Shown here: piece by piece, positions 1-8,126 of the stretch
How the letters are laid out: the number at the start of each line of letters is the position of its first letter
How positions within the stretch are numbered: the stretch's first letter is position 1
The notes under the pieces: generated by a model
Told to the model about the DNA's origin: nothing
The model's database searches: none
What the model saw: only the letters and a program-made list of their open reading frames with translations
Origin: Oscillospiraceae bacterium
Lineage (GTDB): Bacteria > Bacillota > Clostridia > Oscillospirales > Oscillospiraceae
Reading direction: 5' to 3'
Length of the DNA: 64,000 bases
Assembly: GCA_902795045.1 (NCBI GenBank)
Contig: CADBJU010000002.1
Coordinates: 131,115-195,114 of the forward strand
Made by a program: the position numbers and the translations under genes

Positions 1-2
1 GC

Positions 3-1478
3 TACCTGAAACTGTGGGATTTCTCGACACTCGAGCAGCGCCTGGACGCCTCGGGCCGCAGCTCCATCTCCGGCTGCTTTCGCTGCCGCGTCAGCGACGG
101 GCAATACAACTGGAAGCAGTTCATCGTCCTGCGCTATCAGCCGGGCATCGTGCTGGAGCTCATCCACAACGCCCAGGACGAGCTCACCCCCTTCACGCAT
201 CGCAAGGAAAAAGCGGAGGCATTGTCTGTCGAAACGCTTTGGAATAACCTTCTCCGCTCGGACGTGGTGCGGCTTTTCTGGAAAGACCGCGAGCGCCGCT
301 TCCTCGGGGTAAACCGAGGCTTTCTCGATTACTACGGCTTCGGTTCAGCCCGGGAAGTGATCGGCAAAACGGACGAGGATCTGGGCTGGCACATCCATCC
401 GGACCTCTACATGGACGACGAGCTGCGCGTCATTCACGAGGGTGTTACCACCCACAATATACCGGGAAGGTGCATCTCCAACGGGGAAAACCGGGAGATC
501 CTCGCAAACAAGACCCCGCTTTTCAACGAGGCCGGGGAGATCGTTGGCCTGCTCGGTTCCTTCGTTGACAGGGAGCTTTTGTACATGCACGATCTGCGCG
601 GGCAGGATACCTCCAGCCGCGACGAGATGACGGGACTTCTCAATTCCCGCGGCCTGTTCGAGCATGTGCACGCTTTTCAGGAGGAATACTATCTGCGCGG
701 TACGGACTTCATGCGCCTGCATGTGGCCATTGATGACATTGCCACCATCAACCGGCAGTACGGCTTCGACTTCGGCGACAAGGTGATCGCGGCTCTCGGC
801 CGTGAGCTCAAGAAGACCTTCGGCGTAAGCTCCGCCGTCGGACGCATCAACGGCTACCAGTTCGTGGTGCTTCACCAGATCCGGGACAAGAAGGAGCCCG
901 GTGCCCTGCGCGCGTCGGTGCGGCAGATCGCGGAGAGCATCCGGGACATCGACGGCACGCCCGTCACGCTCTATCTGTCCACGGGCTACTCCCTCTATTC
1001 CGAGTGCGAGGATCTGGACGAGATGACCCAGAACGCCGAAATGCGCCTGCTCGCCGACCACGACGACCATGCGCCGCTTGAGAGAAGGCAGTCGCATACC
1101 TCAGACTTCTTCCGGCTTTACGATAATCTCCCCATCTCCTTCGCCGTCTACAAGGTGGAGGTCAACCGGCGCAAGAAGGTCACCGACGCTGTGCTCTTCT
1201 ACGCAAACCAGCTCTTCGGGCAGCGCGCCGGGGTGCCCGTCAGGGAGATGCTGGGCAAAAGCGTCCGGGAGCTCTTCCCCTTCCTCGATGCCAAATGGTA
1301 CGACATGGCGGGCCGCGCCGCGCTGTATGGGGAAACCGTCGTCGACACCATGTACTTTACGGGGACGGACAAGACCTATTACATGACCGCAAACCAGATC
1401 ATCCACTCCGGCTACTGCTCCGTAACCTACCAGGAGGTAGACAGCCTGGGCCGTCCCGTCGACCCCGACAAAATGTAA
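3..1478 (+). CDS. PAS / degenerate-GGDEF / PAS-like signalling protein (5' end outside window)
   Basis: Frame is open from the window edge: YLKLWDFSTLEQRL... precedes the first Met of ORF 150..1478. The central region has GGDEF-domain markers (DEMTGLLNSRG, FGDKVI), but the signature position reads GRINGYQFVV rather than RxGGDEF. PAS-like blocks lie on both sides. Confidence 0.8.
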   Translation, partial: YLKLWDFSTLEQRLDASGRSSISGCFRCRVSDGQYNWKQFIVLRYQPGIVLELIHNAQDELTPFTHRKEKAEALSVETLWNNLLRSDVVRLFWKDRERRFLGVNRGFLDYYGFGSAREVIGKTDEDLGWHIHPDLYMDDELRVIHEGVTTHNIPGRCISNGENREILANKTPLFNEAGEIVGLLGSFVDRELLYMHDLRGQDTSSRDEMTGLLNSRGLFEHVHAFQEEYYLRGTDFMRLHVAIDDIATINRQYGFDFGDKVIAALGRELKKTFGVSSAVGRINGYQFVVLHQIRDKKEPGALRASVRQIAESIRDIDGTPVTLYLSTGYSLYSECEDLDEMTQNAEMRLLADHDDHAPLERRQSHTSDFFRLYDNLPISFAVYKVEVNRRKKVTDAVLFYANQLFGQRAGVPVREMLGKSVRELFPFLDAKWYDMAGRAALYGETVVDTMYFTGTDKTYYMTANQIIHSGYCSVTYQEVDSLGRPVDPDKM

Positions 1479-1480
1479 AG

Positions 1481-1975
1481 ATGAGAACCGAAATCACCCA
1501 TCCCTTCCCTGCCCTTTACGATCGGGATTCCCGCATTCTGATCCTGGGCTCCTTTCCCTCGGTCAAATCCCGGGAGCAGCAGTTTTTCTACGGCCATGCG
1601 CAAAACCGTTTCTGGAAGGTCATGGCGGCCGTGCTCGGCTGCGATACGCCGCAGACGATCCCGGAGAAGAAGGAGATGCTCCTCACACACGGCGTGGCGC
1701 TGTGGGACTCGATCGCCAGGTGCAGCATCGAGGGCTCGTCCGACGCGAGCATCGACGATGTCGTCCCGAACGATCTCACGCCGATCTTTGCCTCCGCCTC
1801 CATCCGTCAGGTCTTCTGCAACGGGAAGAAATCCTGGGAGATGTATCACCGCTTTTCGGAACCCGTGAGCGGAAGGCCCGCACTGTGCCTGCCCTCCACA
1901 AGTCCGGCCAATGCCGCCTGGTCCCTTGAGCGCCTCACGCAGACCTGGCGCGAGCAGCTTGCGCCATATCTTTGA
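1481..1975 (+). CDS. UDG-superfamily DNA glycosylase (deoxyinosine/hypoxanthine DNA glycosylase-like)
   Basis: ATG at 1481, 2 nt after the upstream stop; it is an internal Met of ORF 1295..1975. Motifs ILILGSFPS, AQNRFW and LPSTSPANA are typical of this glycosylase family. Confidence 0.8.
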   Translation: MRTEITHPFPALYDRDSRILILGSFPSVKSREQQFFYGHAQNRFWKVMAAVLGCDTPQTIPEKKEMLLTHGVALWDSIARCSIEGSSDASIDDVVPNDLTPIFASASIRQVFCNGKKSWEMYHRFSEPVSGRPALCLPSTSPANAAWSLERLTQTWREQLAPYL

Positions 1976-2024
1976 CCGCTTTCGGCGGGGTAACGCAAAA
2001 TATTGCGGAAAGTGAAAAAAACAC

Positions 2025-2053
2025 TTGAAATGTTCTGGCGCTTGTGATATACT
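2025..2053 (+). promoter_or_regulatory. sigma-A type promoter for secG
   Basis: TTGAAA (2025-2030), 17-nt spacer, TATACT (2048-2053), about 45 nt upstream of the secG ATG. Confidence 0.5.
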
Positions 2054-2096
2054 TCAAAAGCTGTTTAGTAAACATAATTCGAAAGGATTGAAATAC

Positions 2097-2333
2097 ATGT
2101 CTTCACTTACGATCGTATTCACCATTCTTCAGGTTCTGTCCGGTCTGGCTGTCACCGTCATCGTGCTTATGCAGAGCGGCAAGAGCGCCGGTCTGTCCGG
2201 CTCCATCTCCGGCGGCGCCGAGACCTTCCTCTCCAAGGGGCAGGCCAAGACCCTGGACGCAAAGCTTGCGAAGGCCACCAAGTGGTTCGCGCTTGCTTTC
2301 GTTCTGCTGACCCTGATCCTGAATCTGATCTGA
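2097..2333 (+). CDS. secG: preprotein translocase subunit SecG
   Basis: 78 aa with two hydrophobic helices around MQSGKSAGLSGSISGG (typical SecG core). AAAGGA RBS before the ATG at 2097, which is an internal Met of ORF 2025..2333. Confidence 0.85.
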   Translation: MSSLTIVFTILQVLSGLAVTVIVLMQSGKSAGLSGSISGGAETFLSKGQAKTLDAKLAKATKWFALAFVLLTLILNLI

Positions 2334-2350
2334 TCTTCAGGCAATGAAAA

Positions 2351-2374
2351 GACGCCCGTTCGGGCGTCTTTTTT
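2351..2374. terminator. bidirectional rho-independent terminator (secG / arsC-like convergent pair)
   Basis: gacgcccg-ttcg-cgggcgtc hairpin flanked by an A-run upstream and T6 downstream. Confidence 0.7.
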
Positions 2375-2380
2375 GTTATC

Positions 2381-2713
2381 TTATTTCCAGTCCTTCCAGA
2401 TTTCCGGACAGTAGCCGACGGTGGCCTGCCTGCCGTTACGCACCACAGGCGTCTTGATAAGCTCGGGCACCTCATAGAGCTTGTCCAGCTTTGCCTCCGT
2501 GGTGGCCAGGTACTGAAACAGCGGGTAGTCCTGATCGGCGGTGTCGACCATGCTGTCCAGGCCGACCGCGTTTTTCACGCTTCTGAGCTCACCCCGGCTC
2601 ATGCCGTATTTCAGAATGTCGATATACTGGTATTTGATCCGGCGCTCCTTGAACCAGCGCTCGGCCTTTTTGGTGTCAAAGCATTTGGACTTGCCGAAGA
2701 TCTGGATGTTCAT
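2381..2713 (-). CDS. ArsC/Spx-family thioredoxin-fold protein
   Basis: MNIQIFGKSKCFDTKKAERWFKERRIKYQYIDI... is the N-terminal Cys-containing beta-alpha motif of the ArsC/Spx/YffB family. Start taken at internal Met (2713) of ORF 2381..2839. Confidence 0.8.
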   Translation of the reverse strand: MNIQIFGKSKCFDTKKAERWFKERRIKYQYIDILKYGMSRGELRSVKNAVGLDSMVDTADQDYPLFQYLATTEAKLDKLYEVPELIKTPVVRNGRQATVGYCPEIWKDWK

Positions 2714-2870
2714 GCTCTCATACCCCGTAAAACAATTATTGTTATCAGTATATGCGGCCGCGCCCCCGCTGTCAAATATTTCTTTCCTTCTCCCGCGCTT
2801 TGTGGCGTATTTGCTTTTGTTCTTCTTTACCTCGACCACCCTCGTATGGTATACTCATCTCAGATCATGA

Positions 2871-3320
2871 GGGAGGCTTCGGGCAGAGGATGGAGAGCCG
2901 GTTTTTTCCCACATCCCGGACTGGTATGCATGGGAGCGCGACTGTGTGCGCAAAGAGCTTGAGGAGGGCCGTTACCGGCTTGAGCTGCCGGTGGTGATCC
3001 GCATGCTGGTGGACACCAAGTGTCTCTATACCGTGGGTGAGGGAATGCTTATTCATACGTCTGAGGGTTTTCATCTCACCGGCTGCGGCGGGAAGCTGGA
3101 GTACCGCCAATCCCCTGTCTTCTCCTACAGTCTGAACGCGGACTATTTCTGGTACGAGCTGGGCGACATGATCAGCATCGGGGACATGAACGCGCTCTAC
3201 TACTGCTTCCCCAAAACAGCGGGCGACGTGGTCGCAAAGACGCGCCTTGCGGCGGAGGAGCTGTTTAAGATGCAGCGGCAAGAAAAACAACGGCTGAAAA
3301 CTATCTGCCAATCAGAATGA
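2871..3320 (+). pseudogene. orphan C-terminal fragment of an acyltransferase-associated domain (possible truncated or frameshifted gene)
   Basis: Frame is open from 2871 (after TGA 2868-2870) and reads ...EPVFSHIPDWYAWERDCVRKELEEGRYRLELPV..., with no ATG. The first in-frame start is GTG 2946. From memory this matches the C-terminal region of long PlsC-like lysophospholipid acyltransferases; no N-terminal acyltransferase domain is present upstream. Confidence 0.45.
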
Positions 3321-3332
3321 CGGAGGTACGCG

Positions 3333-3908
3333 ATGAACAAACCGATACTCTATGTGAATGCCTGTGTGCGAAAAAACTCCCGGACAAAGCTCCTGGCGGA
3401 AAAGCTGCTGGCAAGGCTGGGCAGGCCGATTGAAGAAGTCCGTCTGGAGGAGATCTCTTTTCCGGTCTTTAACGAAGCCTTTAATGACAGGCGTGACCGG
3501 CTGATCGCGCAGGGGGATTTTCAGGATCCTCTGTTTGACCTTGCACGGCAGTTTTCCGAAGCGGACACCATCGTGATCGCGGCTCCGTACTGGGACCTCT
3601 CCTTCCCGGCCATGCTCAAGCAGTATCTGGAGCAGATCACCGTCGTGGGCCTCACCTTCAAATATTCGGAGGAGGGGGTGCCGGTCAGTCTGTGCCGGGC
3701 GAAGAGACTGTTTTATGTGACCACGGCGGGCGGCAATTACGTGCCGGACGATTACGGCTTCGGCTATGTAAAGGCGCTGGTGCAGAGCTATTACGCGATT
3801 GCGGATGTTCGGAAGATCGAAGCCGACGGACTCGATATCGTCGGCGCCGATGTTGATGCCATCATGGCAGAGGCGGAGGAAGCCCTGAACGCTATGGAAT
3901 TGGACTGA
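3333..3908 (+). CDS. flavodoxin-like-fold NAD(P)H-dependent FMN oxidoreductase (azoreductase/quinone reductase-like)
   Basis: GGAGG RBS. ILYVNACVR...SRTK N-terminus and IVIAAPYWDLSFPAMLKQYLEQI motif are typical of AzoR/NQO-like flavodoxin-fold reductases. Confidence 0.8.
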   Translation: MNKPILYVNACVRKNSRTKLLAEKLLARLGRPIEEVRLEEISFPVFNEAFNDRRDRLIAQGDFQDPLFDLARQFSEADTIVIAAPYWDLSFPAMLKQYLEQITVVGLTFKYSEEGVPVSLCRAKRLFYVTTAGGNYVPDDYGFGYVKALVQSYYAIADVRKIEADGLDIVGADVDAIMAEAEEALNAMELD

Positions 3909-4001
3909 CACTGCCGTGACCTCGTATTGATTATTGCCTGCCGATTTGGTAGAATATTATTAAGCTTATCATCATGCTGTCATAAAAAAGGGGGGTTATT
4001 C

Positions 4002-5192
4002 ATGCAGTACAGAAAGGACCGAAGCGGCAACGACCTGAGCATCCTGGGCTACGGTTGCATGCGCTTTTCCAAGAAGGGCGCGGGCATCGACATCGCCAAA
4101 ACCGAGACGGAGCTCATGGCCGCCTACCGCGCCGGTGTAAACTATTTTGACACAGCCTACATCTATCCCGGCAGCGAGGCTGCCGTGGGCGAGATCTTCG
4201 AGCGCAACCACATCCGCGACAAGGTCCATATCGCCACGAAGCTCCCGCAGTACCTGATCGGGAACCGCGCCGCGCTCGACCGCTTCTTCAATGAGGAGCT
4301 CAGCCGTCTGCGCACTGATTACGTGGACTACTACCTGATGCACCATCTGACCGATGTAGCCATGTGGGAAAAGCTCAAGACCGTCGGAATCCTGGACTGG
4401 ATCCGGGAAAAGAAGGAGTCCGGGGCTATCCGAAACATCGGCTTTTCCTATCACGGCAACACGGAAAACTTTCTGAAAATCCTCAATGACTACGACTGGG
4501 ATTTCTGCCAGATCCAGTATAATTACCTCGACGAGGTGGCCCAGGCGGGCCGGGACGGTTTGCACGCCGCCGCGGCGAAGGGCGTGCCCGTCATGATCAT
4601 GGAGCCGCTGCGGGGCGGCAAACTTGTCAATCTGCTGCCGGAAGGCGCGAAGAAGGCCATGCAGGAAAGCGGCCGCGACTGGAGCCCCGCCGAGTGGGGC
4701 CTGCGCTGGCTGTATAACCAGCCGGAGGTGACGGTGGTCCTGTCGGGCATGAACTCGCTGGAAATGGTGGAGGCCAACTGCCGCACGGCAAGTCAGGCGC
4801 AGGCCGGGTCCCTGACAGAGGCGGACCTGGAGACCCTCGAGAAGGTCAAACGGGCCATACGGGAGAAAGAAAAGGTTGGCTGCACGGGCTGCCGCTACTG
4901 CATGCCGTGTCCCAAGGGGGTGGATATCCCCGGCACCTTCCGCAGCTACAACACCATGTACGCCGAGTCAAAGCTCGCCGGGCGCACCCAGTTCATCCAG
5001 ACGGTGGGCCTGACACGGGAACCGGCCTTTGCCTCCCAGTGCATACGCTGCGGCAAATGCGAGCAGCACTGCCCCCAGTCCATCCCCATCCGCGACAAGC
5101 TCCGGGAGGCAGACCGCGCCCTGCGGCCCTTCCCGTACAACGTTGCCATTCAGGCCGCCCGCGCCTTCATGTTCCGCAAAGCGAAAAAATAA
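4002..5192 (+). CDS. aldo/keto reductase with C-terminal 4Fe-4S ferredoxin-type cluster motif
   Basis: GGGGGG RBS before the ATG at 4002. N-terminus LSILGYGCMRF and FDTAYIYPGSE are AKR hallmarks. C-terminus has CxxCxxC...CP patterns (CTGCRYCMPCP, CIRCGKCEQHCP). Confidence 0.85.
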   Translation: MQYRKDRSGNDLSILGYGCMRFSKKGAGIDIAKTETELMAAYRAGVNYFDTAYIYPGSEAAVGEIFERNHIRDKVHIATKLPQYLIGNRAALDRFFNEELSRLRTDYVDYYLMHHLTDVAMWEKLKTVGILDWIREKKESGAIRNIGFSYHGNTENFLKILNDYDWDFCQIQYNYLDEVAQAGRDGLHAAAAKGVPVMIMEPLRGGKLVNLLPEGAKKAMQESGRDWSPAEWGLRWLYNQPEVTVVLSGMNSLEMVEANCRTASQAQAGSLTEADLETLEKVKRAIREKEKVGCTGCRYCMPCPKGVDIPGTFRSYNTMYAESKLAGRTQFIQTVGLTREPAFASQCIRCGKCEQHCPQSIPIRDKLREADRALRPFPYNVAIQAARAFMFRKAKK

Positions 5193-5238
5193 AGCCGATA
5201 TTTTTGTATCACGATTAAAAAGCAAGGAGTATATGAAC

Positions 5239-5430
5239 ATGGCCAAGAACAGCAGATTTGAAAAGATCTATTCCCAGGGCACCATGACCGTCACCGAAAT
5301 CTGGGTGGACAAGGTGACGGGCGTGAACTATGTTTTCCACCAGAACGGGTATGCCGGCGGCATGACCCCGTTGCTCGGCAGGGACGGCCAGCCCGTCATC
5401 TCGCCCGTCGTAAATCCGTACAACGAGTGA
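5239..5430 (+). CDS. small conserved protein (DUF6440-like)
   Basis: AAGGAG RBS 9 nt before the ATG at 5239. The 63 aa sequence ...VDKVTGVNYVFHQNGYAGGMTPLLGRDGQPV resembles small Firmicute proteins of that family (recollection only). Confidence 0.6.
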   Translation: MAKNSRFEKIYSQGTMTVTEIWVDKVTGVNYVFHQNGYAGGMTPLLGRDGQPVISPVVNPYNE

Positions 5431-5525
5431 ACGCATGAATACTGCACTGGATTATTAACAGAATATAAGGTATAATCAAAACAGTTATCCTTTACGAAAA
5501 ACCGATCAGGATAGGAGGTTTCAAC

Positions 5526-7889
5526 TTGTCAAAGCTTACAAAAACCCCCGCGACCGAGGCCGAGCTTCAGGTGATGGACAAATACTGGCGCGCCGCCAAT
5601 TACCTCACCGCCTGCCAGCTCTACCTGCTGGACAATCCCCTGCTTGAAAAGCCCCTCACCGCCGAGCATGTCAAGAAGAAGATCGTCGGCCACTGGGGGA
5701 CCTGCCCCGGCCAGAACTTCATCTACACGCACCTCAACCGCGTCATCAAGGAATTTGATCTGGATATGATCTACCTCTCCGGCCCCGGTCACGGCGGCAA
5801 CGCCATGGTCGCCCAGGACTGGCTCGACGGCAGCTACCAGGAGGTCTACCCGGATATCAGCCAGGACCGCGAGGGCATGCACCGCCTCTTCAAGCGCTTC
5901 TCCTTCCCCGGCGGCATCCCGAGCCACGTGGCCCCCGAGACCCCCGGCTCCATCAACGAGGGCGGCGAGCTCGGCTACTCCCTGGCCCACGCCTTCGGCG
6001 CCGTGACGGACAACCCCGAGCTCATCGCCGCTGTCGCGGTGGGCGACGGCGAGGCCGAGACCGGCCCGCTTGCCACCTCCTGGCAGCTCAACAAATTCCT
6101 CTCCGCCAAAACCGACGGCGCGGTCCTGCCCATCCTGCACTTAAACGGCTACAAGATCGCAAACCCCACCGTGCTGTCCCGCATCTCCCATGAGGAGCTG
6201 GAGAGCTTCTTCATCGGCTGCGGCTGGGAGCCGCATTTTGTCGAGGGCAGCGACCCCATGCAGATGCACCGCCTGATGGCCAATACCCTGGACGATTGCG
6301 TGGAGAAGATCCTGCAATACCAGAAGGCCGCCCGCGAAGGCGGGAACTGTGAGCGCCCCCGCTGGCCCATGATCGTGCTGCGCACGCCCAAGGGCTGGAC
6401 CGCCCCGGCCTTTGTAGACGGTGCGAAGGTGGAGGGCTATTGGCGTGCCCATCAGGTGCCGGTCGCGCCCGACTCCGAGGCGCATATCCGCCTGCTGGAG
6501 CAGTGGCTCAAAAGCTATAAGCCCGAGGAGCTGTTCGACGCAAACGGCGCGCCCATCGAGGAGCTGCGCGAGCTGCCGCCCAAGGGCAAACGCCGCATGG
6601 GCGCAAACCCCCACGCAAACGGCGGACTGCTGCTGCGCGATCTGAAAATGCCGGACTTCCGCGACTACGCAGTGAATGTCCCCTCTCCCGGCGCTGTGGA
6701 GGCCCAGGACATGTCCGAACTCGGCAAATTTGTCCGCGACATCTTCAAGCTCAATGAGAAAGAGCGCAACTTCCGCTCCTTCTCCCCCGATGAAAACAAC
6801 TCCAACCGCCTCAACGCCGTCTTCGAGGCGGCGGACCGCGTTTGGCACGGCGAAACATGGGACACCGACGACCATCTCGACGAGTACGGCCGCGTCATGG
6901 ACTCCATGCTCTCCGAGCATGTGTGCCAGGGCATGCTCGAGGGCTATCTGCTCACCGGCCGCCACGGCTTCTTCAACTCCTACGAGGCCTTTATCCGCAT
7001 CGTCGACTCCATGTTCTCCCAGCACGCCAAGTGGCTCAAGGTCTGCAATCAGCTGCCCTGGCGGCAGAAGATCGCCTCGCTCAACTATGTGCTGACCTCC
7101 CACGTCTGGCAGCAGGACCACAACGGCTTTACCCACCAGGATCCGGGCTTCCTGGACCACATGGTCAACAAGAAGGCGGATGTGGTGCGCCTCTACCTGC
7201 CCCCGGACGCAAACTGCCTCTTAAGCTGCTTTGACCACTGCATACGCTCGCGCAACTATATCAACTGCATTGTGGCCTCCAAGCACCCGCGGCCCCAGTG
7301 GCTGACCATGGAGCAGGCTGTCAAGCATTGCACCCAGGGCATCGGCATCTGGCAGTGGGCCTCCACCGACGAGGGACAGGAGCCGGACATCGTCATGGCC
7401 TGCTGCGGCGACACGCCGACGCTCGAGACCCTTGCCGCCGTGACCATCCTGCGCGACGCCTTCCCGGAGCTCAAGATCCGCGTCATCAACGTGGTGGACC
7501 TCATGCGCCTGCAGGCCGATACCCAGCACCCCCACGGCCTGAGCCAGCAGGAGTACGATATGCTCTTCACCAGGGACAAGCCCATTATCTTCGCCTACCA
7601 CGGCTATCCGAGCCTCATCCACGAGCTGACCTACAAGCGCTTCAACAAGAACATCCATGTGCGCGGCTACATCGAGGAGGGCACCATCACCACGCCCTTC
7701 GACATGCGTGTCTTAAACCGCATCGACCGCTTCAACCTGGTCATGTCGGCGGTATACAATCTGCCGCAGCTCGGCAACCGCGGCGCTTACCTTGTCCAGC
7801 AGATGCAGGACAAGCTGGTGGAGCACCGGCAGTATATCGCCGAATACGGCGTCGATCTGCCGGAGGTCACCGAGTGGAAGTGGAAATAA
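5526..7889 (+). CDS. xfp: xylulose-5-phosphate/fructose-6-phosphate phosphoketolase
   Basis: 787 aa. TTG start after a GGAGG RBS. Motifs [21 protein letters not shown] and [12 protein letters not shown] are characteristic of ThDP-dependent phosphoketolases. Confidence 0.95.
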   Translation: MSKLTKTPATEAELQVMDKYWRAANYLTACQLYLLDNPLLEKPLTAEHVKKKIVGHWGTCPGQNFIYTHLNRVIKEFDLDMIYLSGPGHGGNAMVAQDWLDGSYQEVYPDISQDREGMHRLFKRFSFPGGIPSHVAPETPGSINEGGELGYSLAHAFGAVTDNPELIAAVAVGDGEAETGPLATSWQLNKFLSAKTDGAVLPILHLNGYKIANPTVLSRISHEELESFFIGCGWEPHFVEGSDPMQMHRLMANTLDDCVEKILQYQKAAREGGNCERPRWPMIVLRTPKGWTAPAFVDGAKVEGYWRAHQVPVAPDSEAHIRLLEQWLKSYKPEELFDANGAPIEELRELPPKGKRRMGANPHANGGLLLRDLKMPDFRDYAVNVPSPGAVEAQDMSELGKFVRDIFKLNEKERNFRSFSPDENNSNRLNAVFEAADRVWHGETWDTDDHLDEYGRVMDSMLSEHVCQGMLEGYLLTGRHGFFNSYEAFIRIVDSMFSQHAKWLKVCNQLPWRQKIASLNYVLTSHVWQQDHNGFTHQDPGFLDHMVNKKADVVRLYLPPDANCLLSCFDHCIRSRNYINCIVASKHPRPQWLTMEQAVKHCTQGIGIWQWASTDEGQEPDIVMACCGDTPTLETLAAVTILRDAFPELKIRVINVVDLMRLQADTQHPHGLSQQEYDMLFTRDKPIIFAYHGYPSLIHELTYKRFNKNIHVRGYIEEGTITTPFDMRVLNRIDRFNLVMSAVYNLPQLGNRGAYLVQQMQDKLVEHRQYIAEYGVDLPEVTEWKWK

Positions 7890-7931
7890 CGCAGCGGCGC
7901 CTGTTTTGAAGAGCCCTTCCGGAGAACACGA

Positions 7932-7971
7932 AGCCATAACCGTCCTTAACCCGGCGGTTATGGCTTTTTCT
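7932..7971 (+). terminator. rho-independent terminator after xfp
   Basis: agccataaccg ... cggttatggct hairpin followed by TTTTT. Confidence 0.6.
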
Positions 7972-8020
7972 CGGCGCAGACGCGGATTGCACTTTTTTCA
8001 GATTATTTCGCTCCCCCCAC

Positions 8021-8049
8021 TTCCCATCGAGGTTTTTTCCTGTTATAAT
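8021..8049 (+). promoter_or_regulatory. candidate extended -10 promoter for the HD-GYP gene
   Basis: TGtTATAAT (8041-8049) with a weak -35 TTCCCA 17 nt upstream. Confidence 0.4.
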
Positions 8050-8126
8050 GCTGTAAATAAGACAGTAGATCCGTTCATCGTGGAGCTTTGCACAGAGCTG
8101 CCGACGGCATACACGGAGGGAATGGT

